This document shows positions 1-8,244 of a stretch of DNA of 64,000 nt, piece after piece. Source of the stretch: an uncultured Actinomycetes bacterium (lineage in GTDB: Bacteria > Actinomycetota > Thermoleophilia > UBA2241); contig CAVRZA010000002.1 in the NCBI GenBank assembly GCA_963725665.1, forward strand, positions 160,001-224,000. Direction: 5' to 3'. The notes under the pieces were generated by a model. That model had not been told where the DNA came from. It saw only the letters and a program-made list of their open reading frames with translations, and ran no database searches. The translations under genes were made by a program, and so were the position numbers. Every line of letters starts with the position of its first letter. Position 1 is the first letter of the stretch.

Positions 1-43
1 CCTTACGCGTCGCCCACACGCTCCGCGTATACTTCAGTGCGCG

Positions 44-1411
44 ATGAGTGCAACCACATCCGCTCAGGACCCCCGCCGCAACCCCTTCATCCGAGTGGCA
101 ACCGTCAACCCGCACCTGATCGATGCTCTGCTGGCGTTGCTCTTCACGGTGATCGGCGTGCTGGTCCTGCTCTCCGAACGCGGCGACCCCACCGCCAAGG
201 GGCTGACGACCCTGGGCATCGTCCTCACCTTGCTCATGACGGTGCCGCTGGCGCTGCTACGCATCTCGCCGCTCCTGGCCACAGGCCTGATCGGGGGGGC
301 GAGCGTCACCTGGGCCCTCGTTGGTTACGGAGGGCCGACGCTGGGCGCCGCGACCGCTGCGGTCGGCCTGTTCGTAGTCGCGGCCAACTTCGACTACGTA
401 CGCGCCTTCGCCGTCAACTTCATCGCCGTTGCCGTCCTCGTGGTGATCTTCGTCGCCAACCGCGACCTCTATCCCCTCACCACGCGCATCGTGACGACGT
501 TGTCCATATGGGTCGTCTTCACCGTGCTCTGGATCTTCGGCACCGTGATCAAGGAGTACCGGCTGAATTTCGCGCGCGAGCGCGAGCGGGCGGGGCTCTT
601 CGCCGCCGACCGCGACGCTCGCGCGCAGGAGGCCGTCTCGCTCGAGCGCGCCCGCCTCGCCCGCGAGCTGCACGACACCGTCGGTCATGCGCTCAACGTC
701 GTCGTCATCCAGGCCGGCGCCGCCCAGCGCGTCTTCGGCAAGAAGCCGCACATGGCTCTCGAGGCGATCAGCGCCATCGAGTCGGCGGGGCGGCAGGCGA
801 TGACCGATATGGAGCGCATGCTCGGCATCCTGCGCTCCGAGGCGCGCGACGCCGACGCCTTCAGCGCCCAGCCGGGTCTTGCACAGCTCGACCGGCTTCT
901 CGAGCAGGTGCGCGAGGCGGGCCTGCCCGTCGAAGTGGAAGTGACGGGCAAGGCGATCGAGCTTCCTTCGAGCATCGACCTCTCGGCCTACCGCATCGTG
1001 CAGGAGGCGCTGACGAACACGCTCAAGCATGCCGGCCCGAGGGCCAAAGCTCGCGTCGAGGTGTGCTACTGCGGCACTGATCTGCAGCTTGAGATCGTCG
1101 ACGACGGGGGGCGGCGCGCGCCTGCGGCGGCGCCGCCCCCCGTCGCCTCGCCGCCGCAGCCCCCCGTCGTCTCGCCCGCCTCCTCACCAGCCGGGACCGC
1201 CACGGCCACGAGGACCGATGTTGCGACTTCGTTGAGTGGCGCCGCGTCCGCCGACGACCCGAGTGCACCCGCGCTCGGCTCGTGGACAGGCGGCCGCGGC
1301 CTCGTGGGCATGCGCGAGCGGGTCGCGCTCTTCGGTGGCGTGCTCGAGGTCGGTCCTCGGGCCGAGGGCGGCTACCGCGTCTTCGCGCGTCTGCCGCTTG
1401 CGCCTGCCTAG
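44..1411 (+). CDS. Membrane sensor histidine kinase, NarX/DesK (HisKA_3) type
   Basis: N-terminal TM helices; ERARLARELHDTVGH H-box; AYRIVQEALTNTLKHA N-box; GRGLVGMRERV G-box. Confidence 0.95.
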   Translation: MSATTSAQDPRRNPFIRVATVNPHLIDALLALLFTVIGVLVLLSERGDPTAKGLTTLGIVLTLLMTVPLALLRISPLLATGLIGGASVTWALVGYGGPTLGAATAAVGLFVVAANFDYVRAFAVNFIAVAVLVVIFVANRDLYPLTTRIVTTLSIWVVFTVLWIFGTVIKEYRLNFARERERAGLFAADRDARAQEAVSLERARLARELHDTVGHALNVVVIQAGAAQRVFGKKPHMALEAISAIESAGRQAMTDMERMLGILRSEARDADAFSAQPGLAQLDRLLEQVREAGLPVEVEVTGKAIELPSSIDLSAYRIVQEALTNTLKHAGPRAKARVEVCYCGTDLQLEIVDDGGRRAPAAAPPPVASPPQPPVVSPASSPAGTATATRTDVATSLSGAASADDPSAPALGSWTGGRGLVGMRERVALFGGVLEVGPRAEGGYRVFARLPLAPA

Positions 1412-1519
1412 CCTGCGCGGCGCGGTGTACGCATCGCCCGACGCGGCGGTTTGATGACGGCGCCACCGCAAACGGGTCATAATCAGCGCCACGCGAGGCG
1501 CGAAGCGAAGGGGTAGCGG

Positions 1520-2191
1520 ATGGCCATCAAGATCCTCCTCGTCGACGACGAGCAGATGGTGCGCATGGGCCTGCGGCTGATCCTCGAGTCGGAGGACGAC
1601 TTCGAGGTGGTGGGCGAGGCCGGCGACGGCGCCGAGGGCGTCGCGCTAGCGAAGAAGCTCGACCCCGACGTCGTGCTCATGGACATCCAGATGCCGGGCA
1701 TGAACGGGCTCGACGCCACGCGCGAGATCAAGACGCTGGGCAGGGAGGAGAGCTCGCGCGTGCTCATCCTCACGACCTTCGAGCTCGACGAGTACGTCTA
1801 CGAGGCGCTGCGCGCGGGCGCCAGCGGCTTCCTGCTGAAGCGCACGCCGGCCGAGGACCTGATCGCCGGCATCCGCGTCGTGCACAGCGGCGACGCCCTG
1901 CTCGCCCCGTCGGTCACCAAGAGGCTGATCGACGAGTTCGCGGCCCGACCCCTCCCTGAGGGCACGAGCCAGGTCGAGGCGCTCGAGGACCTCACCGACC
2001 GCGAGCGCGAGGTGCTCTCACTGATCGCCAAGGGTATGTCGAACGCCGAGATCGCCCAGTCGCTCTTCCTCTCCGAAGGCACTGTCAAGACGCACATCAA
2101 GCGCATCTTCTACAAGCTCGGGCTGCGCGACCGCACGCAGGCGGTGATCTTCGCCTACGACGTCGGCATCGTGCAGCCGAAGAGCTCCTAG
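1520..2191 (+). CDS. NarL/LuxR-family response regulator
   Basis: Receiver motifs LLVDD and DVVLMDIQMP; C-terminal LTDREREVL..GMSNAEIA..SEGTVKTH HTH; directly after the kinase. Confidence 0.96.
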   Translation: MAIKILLVDDEQMVRMGLRLILESEDDFEVVGEAGDGAEGVALAKKLDPDVVLMDIQMPGMNGLDATREIKTLGREESSRVLILTTFELDEYVYEALRAGASGFLLKRTPAEDLIAGIRVVHSGDALLAPSVTKRLIDEFAARPLPEGTSQVEALEDLTDREREVLSLIAKGMSNAEIAQSLFLSEGTVKTHIKRIFYKLGLRDRTQAVIFAYDVGIVQPKSS

Positions 2192-3504
2192 GCCGGAGAG
2201 GCCGCTGTCACCTCCAGGCGGTCGAGGTCGTCGTGGGTCTCGCGCCGCAGCCAGACCTCGGCCTGCCCTTGTGCCACGGCGACCATAGCCGGCCGCGGGA
2301 CGCGGTTGTAGTTGCTCGCCATCGAGTAGCAGTAGGCTCCCGTCGCCGCGATCGCCACGATGTCGCCGGTCGCGATGGTGTCGGGCAGCGACGCGTGGTC
2401 GGCGACGACGTCGCCCGATTCGCAATGTCGGCCGACGACGCGCGCGGGGCTGCACTCGCCGGCTGCCGAGCGGCGTGCCGGGGCGACGGCGTGGTTCGCG
2501 CCGTAGAGGATGGGCCTCACGTTGTCGGACATGCCGCCGTCGACCACGACGAGCCGGGCGCCCTGCGCGCCGCGCTTGACCGCACCGACGCGGTAGAGGG
2601 TCACTCCCGCGTTGCCCACGACCGCGCGGCCGGGCTCGACCACCAGGCTCGGCCGGGCGATATCGCGGCAGGCCGCGGCGAGACGATCGCGCATGGCGTG
2701 GGCGAGCAGGCTCAGGCCGAGGGGGCTCTCGTCGACGTAGGTGATGCCGAAGCCGCCGCCGACGTCAAAGAGGGCGCTGGAGGCTCCCAGACGGCGCTCG
2801 ATCCGGGCGGCGAAGGCGGCCAGTCTGTCGATGACGGTCAGGTAGGGGTCGGCCGACAGGATCTGCGACCCGATGTGGGCGTGGAGGCCGCGAAAACGCA
2901 AGCCGCGCGACTGCAGCACCGCCTCGATGGCTTCCTCGGCGTCGTCCGGCTGCAGCCCGAACTTGGAGTCGGCGGACCCGGTCACGATGTGCGTGTGGGC
3001 GCCGGCGGCGACGGCGGGGACGATGCGGACGAGCACGTCTTGGCGCGCGCCCAGCCTCGTGGCGATCGCGTCGGCGCGCGCGATCTCCTCCAGGTTGTCG
3101 CAGATGAGCAGCCTGATGCCCACGCCGACGGCTCGCTCGAGATCTTCCGCGGTCTTGTGGTTGCCGTGCAGAGCGATCTGCGATGCGGGGATGCCGGCCC
3201 GCAGACAGGCTTCGAGCTCACCGCCCGAGGCGGCCAGGAACTGCAGTCCCTCGCAGGCCACGAGCCGTAGCAGCCTTCGGGACGTCAGGGCCTTTATGAC
3301 GTAGCGGGCTTCGGGGAACGCCTCGCGCACCTCACGGCAGCGCCGCTGGAGGTGCTCCTTGTCGAGGACGAGCAGGGGCGTCCCATATCTCTTGGCGAGG
3401 GTCGAGGCGGGCAGGCCGCCTATCTCGAGGCCTTCGACACCCCAGTGTGCGGAGACCGGCCAGGGGGTGGTCAGGGACGTTGGGTGTGAAACGAGCGTGG
3501 ACAC
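2188..3504 (-). CDS. lysA: Diaminopimelate decarboxylase
   Basis: YGTPLLVLD, YVIKA (PLP Lys), SKFG, HAHIGSQI, DVGGGFG, EPGR, HCESGD, GAYCYSMASNYN; GTG at 3504 preceded by GGAGG. The ORF stays open upstream to 3711. Confidence 0.9.
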   Translation of the reverse strand: MSTLVSHPTSLTTPWPVSAHWGVEGLEIGGLPASTLAKRYGTPLLVLDKEHLQRRCREVREAFPEARYVIKALTSRRLLRLVACEGLQFLAASGGELEACLRAGIPASQIALHGNHKTAEDLERAVGVGIRLLICDNLEEIARADAIATRLGARQDVLVRIVPAVAAGAHTHIVTGSADSKFGLQPDDAEEAIEAVLQSRGLRFRGLHAHIGSQILSADPYLTVIDRLAAFAARIERRLGASSALFDVGGGFGITYVDESPLGLSLLAHAMRDRLAAACRDIARPSLVVEPGRAVVGNAGVTLYRVGAVKRGAQGARLVVVDGGMSDNVRPILYGANHAVAPARRSAAGECSPARVVGRHCESGDVVADHASLPDTIATGDIVAIAATGAYCYSMASNYNRVPRPAMVAVAQGQAEVWLRRETHDDLDRLEVTAASPA

Positions 3505-3705
3505 CAGAGACCTCCGGGTGAAACGAAGAGGAACGGGAGTGTGGCTCGCGGGGGGCGAGCCGGGGCGGAGCGCCCCTAGCGCTTTCGACGGGCTAGCGCC
3601 CCGTCTCTGGTGTGGAGGGCTGTGCGCGATGGCGCCACGGGGCGTTATGTTGCCGGGCTTCGCCGTCGCTGTCAAGAGTAGAAGGCCCCGGAGAGCGGTT
3701 CGACT
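3501..3705 (-). promoter_or_regulatory. Candidate structured cis-regulatory RNA leader of lysA
   Basis: 11-bp perfect inverted repeat (3501-3511 / 3603-3613) covering the start codon, an adjacent anti-SD CCUCC, and several nested hairpins. Confidence 0.6.
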
Positions 3706-3737
3706 CTGCATACTATTCTCAAATTAGGCACCACATT

Positions 3738-3766
3738 TTGCGTCTTCTGCATCGGAAACGTATACT
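3738..3766 (+). promoter_or_regulatory. Sigma70-type promoter of the arg operon (near-leaderless)
   Basis: TTGCGT-17 bp-TATACT; ATG lies 8 nt downstream with no SD. Confidence 0.65.
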
Positions 3767-3774
3767 CCGCGTTC

Positions 3775-4767
3775 ATGCTGTCTCTCCGTCCGACCATCGG
3801 GATCGTCGGCGCCAGCGGCTACACCGGCGCGCTGCTGGCCGAGTTGCTGCTCGGCCACCCCGACGTCGACCTCGTCGCCGTGAGCTCGAGCTCGCTGCGC
3901 GGCTCGCTCGTGTCACAGTCTCTGCCGCGCGTGCGCGCCGACCTCGCCTTCTGCGACGACGAGGAGGTCGGCGAGGTCGACGTGGCGTTCCTCTGCCTTC
4001 CCGAGGGTCAGGCGGCTCCGGTGGCCCGGCGTCTGCTGGACGGCGGCGCCCTGGTCGTCGATCTCTCCCCCGACTTCAGGCTCTCCCTCGAGGCGTACCG
4101 CGAGTGGTACGGGGAGCACCCGTGTCCCGAGTTGCTGCCCGGCGTCTACGGTCTGCCCGAGCTGCACCGCGACGAGATCCGTTCGGCGCGGCTGGTCGCC
4201 AATCCCGGCTGCTACCCGACGGCGGCTCTCCTCGCCCTTCACCCTCTGATCGGCTTGGGGCTCGTCGACGTCGTGATCGACGCCAAGTCGGGCGTCAGCG
4301 GGGCGGGCAAGACGCCGACCGAGCGCACCCACTTCTGCAGCGTTGATTCCGACCTCACGGCGTACGCCGTCGGCGGACACCGGCATCTGCCTGAGATCCG
4401 CGCCGGGCTGAGTGAGGACGGGCAGGCACCGCCGCTGACGTTCGTGCCTCATCTCGTGCCCCTCCAGCGCGGCATCGTCGAGACCGCCTACGTGCGCGTG
4501 CGCGAACTCCCGTCTGGCGACGAGCTGCGGCGTCTCTACCGCGACGCCTACGCCGAGGAGTCCTTCGTCGAGGTCGTCGACGAGCCGCCGCGTCTCAGGG
4601 ACGTCGTGGGGACCAACTACTGCCGCATCTTTCCGACCGTCGACGAGCGCGCCGAGCGCGTGCTGGTCGTGGCCGCCCTCGACAACCTGATGAAGGGTGC
4701 TTCGGGGCAGGCCGTGCAGAACATGAACCTCATGCTCGGGCGACCCGAGCACAGCGGGCTGCGCTAG
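3775..4767 (+). CDS. argC: N-acetyl-gamma-glutamyl-phosphate reductase
   Basis: IVGASGYTG, DLSPDFRL, VANPGCYPT, SGVSGAG, DNLMKGASGQAVQNMN. Confidence 0.97.
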   Translation: MLSLRPTIGIVGASGYTGALLAELLLGHPDVDLVAVSSSSLRGSLVSQSLPRVRADLAFCDDEEVGEVDVAFLCLPEGQAAPVARRLLDGGALVVDLSPDFRLSLEAYREWYGEHPCPELLPGVYGLPELHRDEIRSARLVANPGCYPTAALLALHPLIGLGLVDVVIDAKSGVSGAGKTPTERTHFCSVDSDLTAYAVGGHRHLPEIRAGLSEDGQAPPLTFVPHLVPLQRGIVETAYVRVRELPSGDELRRLYRDAYAEESFVEVVDEPPRLRDVVGTNYCRIFPTVDERAERVLVVAALDNLMKGASGQAVQNMNLMLGRPEHSGLR

Positions 4768-6168
4768 ATGCTGCCCGCTACCCGCTTCGCGGTCCTGCCG
4801 GCCTTTGCCGCGCAGGCCGACCAGAGCGTCACCCACCCGCGCGGCTTTCGCGCCGCGGGCGTAGCCGCCGGCATCAAGCGCAGCAACCGCCTCGACGTGG
4901 GGCTGCTAGTGTCGGATGAGCCCTGCGTCTCGGCCGCTTTCTTCACGCGCAGCGCGGCGGCCGCGGCGCCGGTGCTGCTCACGCGTGAGTCGTGCACCTG
5001 CGAGCGGCTGCGCGCGGTCGTTGTCAATTCGGGCAACGCCAACGCCTGCACGGGGCCGGCAGGTCTGCGCCATGCGCGCGCCATGCGCGACCAAGCCGGC
5101 GCGGCGTCGGCGGTAGCGGCTGAGGAGGTGGCGGTCTGCTCGACGGGCGTCATCGGACACCGCCTTCCGATGGAGCGCGTGAGCCCCGGGATCGAGACGG
5201 CGGCGGCGAAGCTCAGCGCCGCCGCCGGCGCCCGCTTCGCCGCCGCCATCCGCACCACCGACCGCACCGCCAAGGACGGCGCTCTGACGCTGGACCTGCC
5301 GGAGGGGGAGGTGCGTCTGGGGTTCGCCGCCAAGGGAGCCGGCATGATCTCGCCGGCGGTCGTGGCGGTGCCCGATGTCGGCGCCGCCGCTGTCCACACC
5401 GCGGGTTCGGTTGAGTCCGCGGGCTCGTCCCAGGCCGCCGGCACGGCTCAGTCCGCGGGCGGCCACGCGACCATGCTGTGCTTCGTCACCTGCGACGCGC
5501 AACTGCCGCAGCCGGTCTGGCGTGAGATGGTCGACGAGGCCGTGGCCGCGTCGCTGAACTCCATCACCGTCGACGGGCAGGAGTCGACCAACGACACGGT
5601 GATCGCTCTCGCCAACGGCGCTTCGGGGGTGCTCCCCGGCGAGGTCGGTCGTGCTCGCCTGAGCGAGGCGCTGCGGGCGGCGCTCCTCATGCTGGCCGTC
5701 GGCGTCGTTGCCGACGGCGAGGGCTCGACCAAGGTCGTGCGGCTCGACGTGCGGGGCGCGCGCGACCCGCTCGAGGCCGAGCGGGTCGCGCGCGCCGTCG
5801 CCGACTCGCCGCTGGTGAAGGCGGCGTTCTACGGTGAGGACCCCAACTGGGGGCGCGTGGTGCAGTCGGCCGGTCAGGCGCTGGGCTGCGCGATGACCAG
5901 CGCGCCCGGCTCGTCGGCGCCCAGGCGCGCCGACGACGGCTCGGGAAGCTCGTTCGAGCCCGACGTCGCCTACGGGCCGCTCACGCTGCTGCGCCGCGGT
6001 GTCCCCGTCGAGCTCTCCGATCCCGAACGCGGGCAGCTCGTCCACGTCATGGAGGACCATGAGATCGAGCTCTCCCTCGACCTCCACCGCGGCGCCGCCT
6101 CCAGGCGTGTGTTCTTCGGCGACCTTACCCATCAGTACGTCACCTTCAACGCGGAGTACACGACATGA
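4768..6168 (+). CDS. argJ: Ornithine acetyltransferase / N-acetylglutamate synthase
   Basis: GFRAAGVAAGIK, NSGNANACTG, STGVIG, KGAGMI, ATML, STNDTV, DGEGSTK, DPNWGR, C-terminal NAEYTT. Confidence 0.96.
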   Translation: MLPATRFAVLPAFAAQADQSVTHPRGFRAAGVAAGIKRSNRLDVGLLVSDEPCVSAAFFTRSAAAAAPVLLTRESCTCERLRAVVVNSGNANACTGPAGLRHARAMRDQAGAASAVAAEEVAVCSTGVIGHRLPMERVSPGIETAAAKLSAAAGARFAAAIRTTDRTAKDGALTLDLPEGEVRLGFAAKGAGMISPAVVAVPDVGAAAVHTAGSVESAGSSQAAGTAQSAGGHATMLCFVTCDAQLPQPVWREMVDEAVAASLNSITVDGQESTNDTVIALANGASGVLPGEVGRARLSEALRAALLMLAVGVVADGEGSTKVVRLDVRGARDPLEAERVARAVADSPLVKAAFYGEDPNWGRVVQSAGQALGCAMTSAPGSSAPRRADDGSGSSFEPDVAYGPLTLLRRGVPVELSDPERGQLVHVMEDHEIELSLDLHRGAASRRVFFGDLTHQYVTFNAEYTT

Positions 6169-7046
6169 CCGTCAGGCAGCAGAAGAGGGTCCGCACGCTG
6201 ATCGAAGCCATGCCGTACATCCGTCGCTTCTGGGGTGCGACCATCGTCGTCAAGTACGGCGGCGCCGCCATGACGTCGGCGCACCTGCGCGACCGGTTCG
6301 CTGCCGACATCGCGCTTCTCAAGCTCGTCGGCATGAACCCGGTCGTCGTGCACGGCGGCGGCCCCGAGATCTCGAAGCACATGGGCAAGCTGGGCCTGAA
6401 GGTGAAGTTCGTCGACGGGTTGCGGGTCACCGACGCGGCCACGATGGAGGTCGCCAGGATGGTGCTGGTGGGCAAGGTGAACGCCGAGCTGGTCGGCCTC
6501 ATCAACACGCACGGCGGCACCGCCGTAGGGCTCACAGGACAGGACGGTCGCCTTCTGCTCGTGCGTCCCAAGGAGCACACGGACGCCGAGGGCAGCCCCG
6601 TCGATTTGGGGTTCGTGGGTGAGGTGATCGCGGTCAACACCGAGGTGCTCGACGTGCTCGCTGGGCACATGATCCCGGTCGTCGCGAGTGTCGGCACTAG
6701 CGGCAGCGGACAGGGCTACAACCTCAACGCCGACACGGTGGCCGGCGAGCTGGCCACTGCGCTGCGCGCCGAGAAGGTCATCTTCCTCACCGATGTCGGG
6801 GGGCTCTACGACCCGCTGGCCCCAGAGGAACCGTTCGTGAGCGAGTGCGACCTCGCGCGCGTCGCGGCGCTCGAGAAGGCCGGCGCCATCACGGGCGGGA
6901 TGTTGCCCAAGGTCGCCGCCGTGCGACGTGCTCTCGACGGCGGCGTGAAGAGCGCGCACATCGTCGATGGGCGCGTCGAGCACGCGTTGCTGCTCGAGAT
7001 CCTCACTGACGCCGGCTGCGGCACGAAGATCGTGTCTCAGGGCTGA
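6165..7046 (+). CDS. argB: Acetylglutamate kinase
   Basis: VVKYGGAAM, VVVHGGGPEI, GLRVTD, NLNADT, GGMLPKV; overlaps the argJ stop. Confidence 0.97.
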   Translation: MTVRQQKRVRTLIEAMPYIRRFWGATIVVKYGGAAMTSAHLRDRFAADIALLKLVGMNPVVVHGGGPEISKHMGKLGLKVKFVDGLRVTDAATMEVARMVLVGKVNAELVGLINTHGGTAVGLTGQDGRLLLVRPKEHTDAEGSPVDLGFVGEVIAVNTEVLDVLAGHMIPVVASVGTSGSGQGYNLNADTVAGELATALRAEKVIFLTDVGGLYDPLAPEEPFVSECDLARVAALEKAGAITGGMLPKVAAVRRALDGGVKSAHIVDGRVEHALLLEILTDAGCGTKIVSQG

Positions 7047-7103
7047 TCGGCAGTCGCCGGCGCTGCGGCACCGGCAGCGCCGCGCGGCCACTTGCGCTCG
7101 GCC

Positions 7104-7204
7104 TACCTCTCCCGGGGTAGGTCTTCCCGGCGCAGGTTCCCTCGCAAGATGAGTGCAAGTTCCCCCCGTCGGGCGACGACGTGTGCCCCTGTTGCGCGTA
7201 GTCT
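7104..7204 (+). promoter_or_regulatory. NarL-like operator boxes plus TAGTCT -10 element
   Basis: TACCTCT-cc-CGGGGTA at 7104-7119 fits the NarL 7-2-7 pattern; CAAGTTCCCCC block shared with the MMPL promoter at the same spacing to the -10. Confidence 0.55.
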
Positions 7205-7272
7205 CGTACTCGTAAGAGCAGCGCGGACGGTTCCACTTGGGGATCGCCCGCTCGATCGAAGGAGGTGAGGCT

Positions 7273-8215
7273 GTGAGCGACGTGCAGGTGTCGGGCGCCC
7301 AGCCCCGCCGGTCGTGGGTCGGGCGTCTCTTCGGCGTCATCGCCCGTTTGCAGACGTGGAAGAACATGGCCTACCTGGCGCTGGCGTTCCCGCTAGGTCT
7401 CTTCTACTTCGTGTTCCTCGTCGTCGGCGTGGCGCTCGGTATCGGCCTGGTCATCATCTGGGTCGGCCTGCCCATACTCGCCGTGGTGGTGCTCGCCTGG
7501 TGGGCGTTCGCCGGCTTTGAGCGGCTGCAGGCCGAGTATCTGCTCGGCGTGCGAACGGCGGGACGCCTGGCCCCCTGGGAGGGCGGCGATAGCTGGTGGC
7601 AGCGCGTCAAGCGCCACCTCGGCGACGCGGGCACGTGGAAGGATCTCAGCTTCCTCTTCGTGAAGTTCCCGCTGGGGGTCGTGTCTCTCGTCATCGTCAC
7701 GCTGGTGGTAGGGGTGCCGGCGGCGTTGATCAGCGCCCCGCTCTACTACCGCTACGTGGACTGGACCACGAACGGCGTCTATCGCCACGGCATCAACATG
7801 GGCGCGTGGCACGTAGACACGCTGGGCGAGGCGCTGCTGCTGGTGCCGATCGGCCTCGTCGTGCTGATCGCCGGTCTCCACCTGGCGAACGTGTTCGCCA
7901 GGTTCTCGGGGATCCTCGCCGGGGCGCTCCTCGATGAGGGTAGGGCGGCGTCGCTGCCGCCGCAGGCGCCGACAGCGCCGCCGGAGGCGCCGGAAGTCCC
8001 GACAACGCAGGTCGCGGCGCCGCAGGCTCCCCCAGCTCCACCACAGCCCACACCACAGCCCACACCACAGCCCACACCACAGCCCACACCACAGCCCACA
8101 CCACAGCCCACACCACAGCCCACACCACAGCCCGACACCACAGCCCACACCACAGCCCACACCACAGCCTCCCGTCCCGCCGCAAGTCGCCGGGGCGCCC
8201 GAGGCCGGCCAATGA
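7273..8215 (+). CDS. Stand-alone putative sensor-domain membrane protein with a PQPT-repeat tail (frameshift at 8134)
   Basis: SD GGAGGTGA then GTG; TWKNMAYLALAFPLG / TWKDLSFLFVKFPLG internal duplication typical of the actinobacterial sensor domain; removing the extra G at 8134 gives a stop at 8215. Confidence 0.75.
8041..8169 (+). repeat. 12-bp tandem repeat CCACAGCCCACA, about 10.7 copies (PQPT)
   Basis: Directly visible; the 8th unit has one extra G. Confidence 0.97.
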
Positions 8216-8244
8216 GATCGATCGCGCGCCAAGGAGGAGTCGCT

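Noticed and set aside
3645-3675. GAAGCCCGGCAAC on the minus strand resembles part of a SAM-I riboswitch
   Set aside because: The AUC/GAU P1, GAGGGA kink-turn and GGUGC elements are not found around it
3706-3766. Possible ARG boxes (TGCATA, TGCATC half sites)
   Set aside because: Only left half-sites match; right halves are poor
8041-8169. Tandem repeat as a CRISPR array
   Set aside because: 12-bp units with no spacers, inside a coding region, and no cas genes
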